This document shows positions 1 to 6,444 of a DNA stretch of 47,590 bases, piece after piece. Within the stretch, counting starts at the first letter, position 1, and every line of letters begins with the position of its first letter. A program made the position numbers and the translations under genes. The notes under the pieces are model-generated. The model ran no database searches. It had not been told where the DNA came from and saw nothing but the letters and a program-made list of their open reading frames with translations. The DNA lies in IMG/VR virus record IMGVR_UViG_3300027563_000011, positions 1-47,590 of that record, one strand, 5' to 3'. The DNA comes from a virus (lineage: Duplodnaviria; Caudoviricetes).

Positions 1-2
1 TC

Positions 3-125
3 TACCCCGCTGGATCGGACACTCCCCTCACCGACCCATCACCCGCCCTTATCGAAGCAGCACAGGAAGCCTTGTTCGAGAAGACACAAGAGAAGGCTGA
101 AGAGATAGCCACGGAGAAGTCATGA
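3..125 (+). CDS. 3' end of a hypothetical protein (truncated by window start)
   Basis: Open frame YPAGSDTP...EEIATEKS* ends in TGA overlapping the next ATG (ATGA at 122-125). Confidence 0.6.
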   Translation, partial: YPAGSDTPLTDPSPALIEAAQEALFEKTQEKAEEIATEKS

Positions 126-286
126 AACATAAACACATATTAATTATCGGTCGCACATCGAACGGAGAAAATGCTTATTTACCGCTGACTGTGCATACCA
201 CTATGAGTCTTGGTGAAAACCAAGAGACCTACTACTTAGTCGCCGATAACGAAAAACAATTAAAGCAAGCAATGGAGGAAGCATAA
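122..286 (+). CDS. small hypothetical protein (54 aa), not in ORF track
   Basis: MKHKHILIIG...QAMEEA*; ATGA overlap upstream, and its TAA directly abuts the ATG at 287. Confidence 0.7.
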   Translation: MKHKHILIIGRTSNGENAYLPLTVHTTMSLGENQETYYLVADNEKQLKQAMEEA

Positions 287-472
287 ATGACAAAGAAAGA
301 AGTGGGTGAAATATACAAGACCTTTAAGGAAAAGCTTAAGAAAGCAGAAGATGTTCTCGAGTTCTCCGAAGGGACAAGGGTATCCAGTTGTTCAATGAGC
401 TACGACGTTGGGTACTGGCAAGGGAAGATACACCTTGTCGAGCAATTGTTCCTCAAAGGTAAAACCAAATGA
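287..472 (+). CDS. hypothetical phage protein (61 aa)
   Basis: GGAGG RBS upstream; ATGA-coupled to next ORF. Confidence 0.75.
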   Translation: MTKKEVGEIYKTFKEKLKKAEDVLEFSEGTRVSSCSMSYDVGYWQGKIHLVEQLFLKGKTK

Positions 473-657
473 GAAGACTTGGAAGCGATGTAAATTACTT
501 GGCGAAACTTTGTGACGCATCTGCACAAGGTTTGGAAAGAAGTTCTGGTGCTAGTGACCAGATAAAGAAATGGAAAAGAGATGCAACAACCTGGCGTGAA
601 ATTGCAAATGACCTGAGAAGTGTTTGCAGAAAGCTTCGCAAGGTTGACAACTATTAA
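469..657 (+). CDS. hypothetical phage protein (62 aa)
   Basis: Translationally coupled; helical-looking sequence. Confidence 0.7.
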   Translation: MRRLGSDVNYLAKLCDASAQGLERSSGASDQIKKWKRDATTWREIANDLRSVCRKLRKVDNY

Positions 658-666
658 AGGAGAAAT

Positions 667-1155
667 ATGAAAGAAACACTAAAGAAACTAGTAGAGCAAT
701 CGGAAGTACCGATCCTCAAGAACGAGATCGACCAGCTCCGAGGTACTTTATCCACCCTCACCAACCTTGTTCTTAAAACCGAACAAGACTTGGCCAGCTA
801 CCGCAAGGTTACTGAGGATCTAGCCAAGGAACTTGCTGAGCATCTCAAGGTACGGACATCTCATACAACCTTTGTCAACGTCAAGGGTTCGGAGACGTAC
901 TACCGGGATGTGGCAAGCGTATCGAAACGATGGAAAGAGTGGGAGGAAATGTACAAGGCTGGCAAACCCATCTCCGAAATTGCAAGGAAGTGGGGCGTCA
1001 ACACCCACACCGTTCGACACGCCAAGGCTAAAAACTTCACCGCATCCGTTTGCAAGACACCCAAGAGCAAGGAACAGCCAAGGGATATTCAATTATTCCT
1101 AGGTCGTAAGAGACATATGAGGCAGAAGCCTCATCGCTTACGCCTTGCCGCTTAA
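667..1155 (+). CDS. coiled-coil + helix-turn-helix DNA-binding protein
   Basis: AAGGAG RBS; N-terminal heptads; HTH-like WEEMYKAGKPISEIARKWGVNTHTVRHA. Confidence 0.7.
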   Translation: MKETLKKLVEQSEVPILKNEIDQLRGTLSTLTNLVLKTEQDLASYRKVTEDLAKELAEHLKVRTSHTTFVNVKGSETYYRDVASVSKRWKEWEEMYKAGKPISEIARKWGVNTHTVRHAKAKNFTASVCKTPKSKEQPRDIQLFLGRKRHMRQKPHRLRLAA

Positions 1156-1174
1156 CCAAAGAAAGGACACTACA

Positions 1175-1495
1175 ATGAAATCTATAATTCCGTTAACCAC
1201 GGAACAGATCGACACGTTTGGCGAAGCAACCGCCAAGAGAAACCAAGCAGAGAAAGTACGGGAAGCAGTACTCCCCCTCCTCAAGCTTACCTACCAGGAG
1301 ACGGGCAACCGCTTCTTCGAGGGTAACTCGTGGATCGTTAAGGCATCCGATGGGATGAAGAGGACATTAGACGTTTACAAACTAATCGAAGTTCTCTCAG
1401 CCGTCGGTGTCAAAGAACCCGCCACCCTCGTGGATGGGTGCTACACAGAAGCAACCTTCCCAACGTTTCGTGTTCAGCCCGTTCCCTCTTTATGA
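1175..1495 (+). CDS. hypothetical phage protein (start revised to ATG 1175)
   Basis: GAAAGGA RBS before MKSIIPL; stop overlaps next ATG. Confidence 0.7.
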   Translation: MKSIIPLTTEQIDTFGEATAKRNQAEKVREAVLPLLKLTYQETGNRFFEGNSWIVKASDGMKRTLDVYKLIEVLSAVGVKEPATLVDGCYTEATFPTFRVQPVPSL

Positions 1496-2211
1496 GTCCA
1501 AGATTCGTTAAAGGGAATGCCAAGCTACGAGGTATATGGATCTTCAACACTCCAGCTGGGTATACCTGCCCTTGCGCAAAGGAGTGTTTGTCGAGAGCTC
1601 ACCCCGTTACTGGCAAGATTACTGATGGACCACACACACAGGTTCGTTGTTTCTCGGCCAGCACCGAGAGCCTTCGGAAGGACGCAAGGAAACTGCGGTG
1701 GGCTAATCTCACATCGCTACATCACAAGACTACCCTCGAGATGGCTGACTTGCTTTCCTCGGCACTGCCTAAGAAAGCCAAGCTTGTTCGAATTCACGAA
1801 GGTGGAGACTTCTTTAGCCTAGCCTACTTCGATGCTTGGCTTGAGGTTGCCAACAGAAACCCGCACGTTTTGTTTTACGCCTACACCAAATCGATTCCTT
1901 TTTGGTTGGCTCGTCTTGACAAACTTCCGTCAAACATTCGGCTGACTGCTAGCCTTGGCGGTACTCACGATGACCTAGCCATTAAGCACAACCTCAAGAC
2001 TGCATATGTGGCCTTCAGCGAAGAAGCCGCAAACATCCGCGGCCTTGAGATCGATCACGATGACAGCCTTGCCTACGGACCCAACGAGAAATCGTTTGCT
2101 CTCTTGATCCACGGGACACAGCCCGCTGGGTCGGAAGCATCCAAGGCTAGGAGCTTACTACGAAAGAAGAGTGGCTTTACGGGCTACTCAAGAAAGGCAG
2201 TAACCAAATGA
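1492..2211 (+). CDS. GP88-like phage protein (start revised to ATG 1492)
   Basis: Motifs GNAKL, PAGYTCPCAKEC...CF, RIHEGGDFF, P.VLFYAYTKS match the phage gene-product-88 family; ATGA overlaps at both ends. Confidence 0.7.
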   Translation: MSPRFVKGNAKLRGIWIFNTPAGYTCPCAKECLSRAHPVTGKITDGPHTQVRCFSASTESLRKDARKLRWANLTSLHHKTTLEMADLLSSALPKKAKLVRIHEGGDFFSLAYFDAWLEVANRNPHVLFYAYTKSIPFWLARLDKLPSNIRLTASLGGTHDDLAIKHNLKTAYVAFSEEAANIRGLEIDHDDSLAYGPNEKSFALLIHGTQPAGSEASKARSLLRKKSGFTGYSRKAVTK

Positions 2212-4061
2212 GATACTTGTCTGTTTGTTCAGGCATTGAGGCGGCCTCCGTTGCCTGGGAGAAACTTGGGTGGAAGCCCGTCGCCTTTTCAGAAATCGAA
2301 CCATTCCCGTCAGCGGTGCTGAATCACCACTGGCCAGAGGTTCCCAACCTAGGAGATATGACTAAATATGAATCATGGAAATTCAAAGAAGCAATTGACG
2401 TTTTGGTCGGAGGAACACCGTGTCAAGCGTTTAGCGTCGCGGGACTCAGGAAAGGATTGGCCGACCCAAGAGGCGGTCTCTCACTCACCTTCGTCAACAT
2501 CGCAGATCACTTCAACCCAAAGTGGATCCTCTGGGAGAACGTGCCCGGTGTCCTTTCCTCAAGGGACAACGGGTTCGGTTGCTTTCTGGGAGCACTTGCC
2601 GGGGAAGATGGTGAGCTCAAACCGCCAGGGGAAAAATGGGCAGACGCAGGTTGTGTGTATGGTCCCAAAAGGTCAATCGCTTGGCGATGCCTTGACGCCC
2701 AATATTTCGGTGTGGCCCAACGACGCAAGCGTTGTTTCCTTGTCGCATGTCCTCGAGACCAAGGAGATCCAGCCAAGGTTCTATTTGAGTGGGAAGGCTT
2801 GCGCAGGGATACTGCGCCGAGCCGAGAAGCGAGGAAAGGACTTGCCCCCGATGCTGAAGGAAGCGTTGACACGGGTTGTGTCGGAGCCATTGACACAGAG
2901 TGTGGAGGCGGAAAGTTAACCAACCAGACTGTTAGAGCTGGGCACATACTTCCAAGTATTGTTAGCCCGACAATCACCCAATGCAAAGGGAGTCGAGGAG
3001 GATGTAGCTCAGAAGCAATAAGCGAGATCACGGCTGTTCAACAAGCTACTGCGTTTAGGATGCAAGCCTTTGGGGAATACTCCGATGACGGCTCGGCATC
3101 CACGATGAAGGCTAGGGATTACAAGGATGCCACCGACTTGGTTGCCACAAAGAAGTCTCATTGGGATGGCTCAGGAGTTCATCCAACAATAATGCAATCG
3201 GGTGGATCTAGCTCAGGAAGAACAATCGGTTACTCCAACCAAGAACTATTTTCCCAAGGGGGATCTGGTTTAGTTGGGTCTCCTATTGTGATTGATCGTG
3301 CTGCCTTTAACCAAGGCGAGAACGCTCAGTACAAACCGCACATTGAGCAATGCGAAACAATGGATCCTCTGGTAGCCCGAGGACCCCACGCCGTTGCTAT
3401 CCCTATCCACGACCAAGCCACCCGAAATGCTGGCAAGCGTGGTGACAAGCAAGACGGCAAGGGTAACGGGCTAGGTATTGGTAAGCCGGGTGACCCCTGC
3501 CCCACCCTGACCAAGGGCGACAAGCATGCAGTCCTATATGAGAATCACCCCAATGACTCTCGAGTTACTGGACCCCTCGAAGTTGCCCCGTCTTGTGTTT
3601 CAAGGTACGGAACAGGCGGTGGGAATGTCCCACTTGTCCAAGAGGCAATTGCCTTTGAACCTGGGATTGCATCCAGAGAGGGTAACGAAAGTAGATTCGT
3701 GAAGGAGATGTCCCCTACCTTACGGAAGGATATGGGGGATAACCAAGTGGCTGTTGCGGTCGACTGTTACAACAAGACAGTCAATCATACTTCGCAGACA
3801 CTTTCATCCTCTGCCTCTGACATTAATCATACAGGAGGTGTGATTAACCCAGCAGACAGAATGGCAGTCCGTCGCCTCACCCCCAAAGAGTGCGAGCGTT
3901 TGCAAGGATTTCCAGATGAGCATACACTAATTCCTTGGAGGGGTAAGCCAGCCGATCAATGCCCCGATGGTCCACGCTACAAAGCGTTAGGGAATTCGAT
4001 GGCAGTTCCCTGCATGGAATGGATCGGCAACAAAATTAAGGAGGCCTCAATATGTGGATAG
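2208..4061 (+). CDS. dcm: DNA (cytosine-5)-methyltransferase with greatly expanded variable (TRD) region
   Basis: Motif I SVCSGIEA, IV GGTPCQAFS, VI WENVPG, VIII QRRKRCF, IX RRLTPKECERLQGFPD, X KALGNSMAV. Confidence 0.93.
   Translation: MRYLSVCSGIEAASVAWEKLGWKPVAFSEIEPFPSAVLNHHWPEVPNLGDMTKYESWKFKEAIDVLVGGTPCQAFSVAGLRKGLADPRGGLSLTFVNIADHFNPKWILWENVPGVLSSRDNGFGCFLGALAGEDGELKPPGEKWADAGCVYGPKRSIAWRCLDAQYFGVAQRRKRCFLVACPRDQGDPAKVLFEWEGLRRDTAPSREARKGLAPDAEGSVDTGCVGAIDTECGGGKLTNQTVRAGHILPSIVSPTITQCKGSRGGCSSEAISEITAVQQATAFRMQAFGEYSDDGSASTMKARDYKDATDLVATKKSHWDGSGVHPTIMQSGGSSSGRTIGYSNQELFSQGGSGLVGSPIVIDRAAFNQGENAQYKPHIEQCETMDPLVARGPHAVAIPIHDQATRNAGKRGDKQDGKGNGLGIGKPGDPCPTLTKGDKHAVLYENHPNDSRVTGPLEVAPSCVSRYGTGGGNVPLVQEAIAFEPGIASREGNESRFVKEMSPTLRKDMGDNQVAVAVDCYNKTVNHTSQTLSSSASDINHTGGVINPADRMAVRRLTPKECERLQGFPDEHTLIPWRGKPADQCPDGPRYKALGNSMAVPCMEWIGNKIKEASICG
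2368..2919 (+). CDS. nested +1-frame ORF, putative C5-MTase beta-type polypeptide (M.EcoHK31I-beta-like)
   Basis: 183-aa ORF wholly inside dcm; C-terminal WPNDASVVSLSHVLE...RFYLSGKACAGILRRAEKRGKDLPPMLKEAL; AGGAG 12 nt upstream. Confidence 0.6.
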   Translation: MNHGNSKKQLTFWSEEHRVKRLASRDSGKDWPTQEAVSHSPSSTSQITSTQSGSSGRTCPVSFPQGTTGSVAFWEHLPGKMVSSNRQGKNGQTQVVCMVPKGQSLGDALTPNISVWPNDASVVSLSHVLETKEIQPRFYLSGKACAGILRRAEKRGKDLPPMLKEALTRVVSEPLTQSVEAES

Positions 4062-4432
4062 CAACCAAGTTCGGTTTCTATTCGATGTCGAACAAGAAAG
4101 CTTATCAGTTCCCAGAGTATGAATCCGTGATTCATGTTCGGGGACGAAGCGAAGATGATATGAAGAGACTGATCAATGAGATCCGGGGCTTGTCCCTTAA
4201 GATCACCCCCGAGATCTCAATGCGTGAAGATGTGGATTATACTTACCGCATCTTCATCCACCCGAATGACTTGCCCAAGGTGTTGGCAAGGCTTGGCAAC
4301 TCCGTGGATTACACCAGCTTTAAGGGAATGATTGGCGAGTCCAAACACCAGAAGCATAAGCTCAACGCTTACTGCCAATTCTGGTACGATATGGTTGTTG
4401 CGTTTGGACAAGACCCGTTAACAAAAGGATAA
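4052..4432 (+). CDS. conserved hypothetical phage protein
   Basis: AAGGAGG RBS; MWIATKFGFYS...VRGR...DYTYR...VDYTSFK pattern of a common uncharacterised phage family. Confidence 0.8.
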   Translation: MWIATKFGFYSMSNKKAYQFPEYESVIHVRGRSEDDMKRLINEIRGLSLKITPEISMREDVDYTYRIFIHPNDLPKVLARLGNSVDYTSFKGMIGESKHQKHKLNAYCQFWYDMVVAFGQDPLTKG

Positions 4433-4433
4433 C

Positions 4434-4667
4434 TTGAAAGAAGAACTAAAGACTAAAGAAGACAAACTAGGTTACTGGATGTGGGGAGCGGATGAACCTG
4501 CCACCCACGTTTGCGAACACGGCCACAAGGAGTGTGCCGTGGAATCTGCTGGAGTCTGTATGGATTGGTTACAACTCGAGATCGATCGAGAGTGGCCGAC
4601 CAAAGAAAAGACCCTACCTATATCTTGGGAGGATATCTTCAATGAAGGAAAGGAGAACCAATGGTAA
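4434..4667 (+). CDS. hypothetical protein with CxxxH/Cys cluster
   Basis: TTG start after AAAAGGA; HVCEHGHKECAV...C. Confidence 0.6.
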   Translation: MKEELKTKEDKLGYWMWGADEPATHVCEHGHKECAVESAGVCMDWLQLEIDREWPTKEKTLPISWEDIFNEGKENQW

Positions 4668-4975
4668 AGATTTTTTTGATGATAGCGTCTCTTGCCAGCC
4701 CGCTGGTGGCTCAGGAAGTTTTGATCTCTGCCAATCCAGATCTGCTATATTCAACAGCTAATGACTACGGACCTTGGGGAGCGCCAGAGTTTATCAACTC
4801 ATTCACCAATGACTATGGGCCAAACGGAAGCCCAGAGTTCTTGGGTAGTGCAACTAACGATTATGGCACTGGCTTAAGACCATCTACCCTAGTTCTTGAA
4901 AGTCCGTATCTGATAACCGAGCGAGAACTTCTGGCGCCATTTATTTTGACGCCAGTAATTGACCTAACTCCCTAG
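4661..4975 (+). CDS. secreted/exported protein with NDYG repeats
   Basis: AAGGAG RBS; signal-peptide-like N-terminus; NDYG three times at 16-aa spacing. Confidence 0.7.
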   Translation: MVKIFLMIASLASPLVAQEVLISANPDLLYSTANDYGPWGAPEFINSFTNDYGPNGSPEFLGSATNDYGTGLRPSTLVLESPYLITERELLAPFILTPVIDLTP

Positions 4976-5328
4976 CTATTGAGCATCGCCCGTCGCTTGG
5001 CACAAGCTCCGCAACCTTGGATGTTTGTGCCAACGACTTGGTCGATAGCTTTTGCAATAGGTTGGGCAAAGGTATGAACTATGTCCCCCAACCCAACGCT
5101 TTCGCACAAGCTCTTATCAATTTTGTCGCAGATCTGATCGTGTATCATCTGCTCTTGGTTTCCGTTCAAGACAAGTCCGTTTAGGTGGCGGTGGCGATTT
5201 ACATTCGCTAACAACTCATCAAATGTGACAGCAGTAATAATTGCCTTGGTATCGTGGTCTTTATAGAAGAATCCAGTTGGCGGTGTTATTGTTTTATCTT
5301 TTAATCTCACTTGGGTATCTTGACACAC
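4972..5328 (-). CDS. hypothetical protein with C-terminal GLGD...CGAC.KRR..LN motif (start may be GTG 5310)
   Basis: GLGDIV...GCGACAKRRAMLN resembles a recurrent small Cys-containing phage motif. Confidence 0.7.
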   Translation of the reverse strand: MCQDTQVRLKDKTITPPTGFFYKDHDTKAIITAVTFDELLANVNRHRHLNGLVLNGNQEQMIHDQICDKIDKSLCESVGLGDIVHTFAQPIAKAIDQVVGTNIQGCGACAKRRAMLNS

Positions 5329-5350
5329 TTTGTTGTAGACTCAACCTTGT

Positions 5351-5644
5351 TTGGTGGACGAATACGACGATATAGATGAAGTTAGCCCTAGAGAGGACGA
5401 CGAAGGCGAAGAGGAAGAAGAAGTTAATCTTGTCCTTCTCAACGGGGCAAGTGACGCCGGGACAAAGCTTTTAAAGTTTTTCATTGGTGCCGCTGTTCTT
5501 GATGGCAACGGGTCGTTCCAGGTGAGTCGTAAGGCTTTGTCAGAGTTTACTGATTTATGCAAAAAGCATCAATCTTTCGAACTATGGGCAGATCCAGATT
5601 TTAATGGTGATGGCATTGAGCTAACCATCAAATGGCACGACTAG
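5351..5644 (+). CDS. hypothetical protein with acidic N-terminus
   Basis: 97-aa ORF followed directly by a + strand terminator hairpin. Confidence 0.55.
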   Translation: MVDEYDDIDEVSPREDDEGEEEEEVNLVLLNGASDAGTKLLKFFIGAAVLDGNGSFQVSRKALSEFTDLCKKHQSFELWADPDFNGDGIELTIKWHD

Positions 5645-5652
5645 TTTTTCTT

Positions 5653-5681
5653 CTGGCGGTTCTAACGCCAGTTATTATTTT
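5653..5681 (+). terminator. intrinsic terminator
   Basis: CTGGCG-GTTCTAA-CGCCAG stem-loop followed by TTATTATTTT, between convergent genes. Confidence 0.55.
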
Positions 5682-6169
5682 GCGGCTGTTGATGCTAGTT
5701 CTGGCTTACTACCTTGCTCGACATTGGCCGAAGGCGTTTCTTTGGTTGCAAGTTCACTGTAGAATTTGTTGACCCCCGACAACCAGTTGTTGTTCAAACC
5801 TGTTGGGTCGTTGGCCGCGCCTTTCGGGGCATAGACATCAGCTAGTTTATCCACATCGCCACCAACCTGATCGAGCCTTCGCTTAAGGTTCTTAGCCGAA
5901 TAAAGCAACCCCTCACCCAACGAATCAAACTTCTTAAGTTTAGTCCATTTACTTTTGGGATCCATAATCCCAGCGGGGTTGTTGTAGTTTTGAATAGCGT
6001 TGCTTGTCCCTCGACCAGTTTCATGGGCAATGACAGCCGCAAAAAGTTCGGGGCTTATCCCAGCCGTAGAAGCGGCTTGGACAATGAGTCCCGTCTTGCC
6101 AGATAAAACTCCCTTACCAAAGAGATTCTGAAGTTTCTGATCACCAGGAGATTGCGTGCCTAAGCCCAT
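5675..6169 (-). CDS. glucosaminidase/lysozyme-like peptidoglycan hydrolase (probably virion-associated)
   Basis: AAVIAHETG.G.S, NNPAGIM, FDSLGEGL, YAP..AANDPTGLNNNW motifs of GH73-like glucosaminidases; lies after the ejection genes. Confidence 0.8.
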   Translation of the reverse strand: MGLGTQSPGDQKLQNLFGKGVLSGKTGLIVQAASTAGISPELFAAVIAHETGRGTSNAIQNYNNPAGIMDPKSKWTKLKKFDSLGEGLLYSAKNLKRRLDQVGGDVDKLADVYAPKGAANDPTGLNNNWLSGVNKFYSELATKETPSANVEQGSKPELASTAAK

Positions 6170-6222
6170 ATGTTTTGTGTATTGATTTCCTATTATGTTT
6201 CGTTATTAAAGGAGGATATTAT

Positions 6223-6444
6223 ATGAAGGTAAATCGTCAAGAGGTCGGAATTGTCTACGGATGTTTGTATTATTCGTATGATGTATTAGTACGTATCTTT
6301 GCTCATCTTGTATCGGGGGCTTGCATTCTTTTGTTTGGGTTGTTTCTTGGTTTCTTGCCTTGGCTTCTCACCAAAGGATTATTCTTCTTGGTTTTGAATC
6401 CACTCGCCCAAACTCTGAAGTTTTTGTATTCTCTCGTCGTTTGA
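6223..6444 (+). CDS. putative small membrane protein (73 aa), antisense to the late operon
   Basis: Strong AAAGGAGG RBS 7 nt before ATG 6223; hydrophobic C-terminal half; overlaps the 3' end of the giant gene by 66 nt. Confidence 0.4.
   Translation: MKVNRQEVGIVYGCLYYSYDVLVRIFAHLVSGACILLFGLFLGFLPWLLTKGLFFLVLNPLAQTLKFLYSLVV

Noticed and set aside
644-655. TTGACAACTATT, identical to the left 12 nt of the 29584 palindrome, upstream of the HTH gene
   Set aside because: Right half-site absent and no -10 box; may be chance, so not called
2507-3031. 174-aa minus-strand ORF within dcm
   Set aside because: Antisense shadow, Pro/Ser-rich, no motif or RBS, unlike the +1-frame nested ORF
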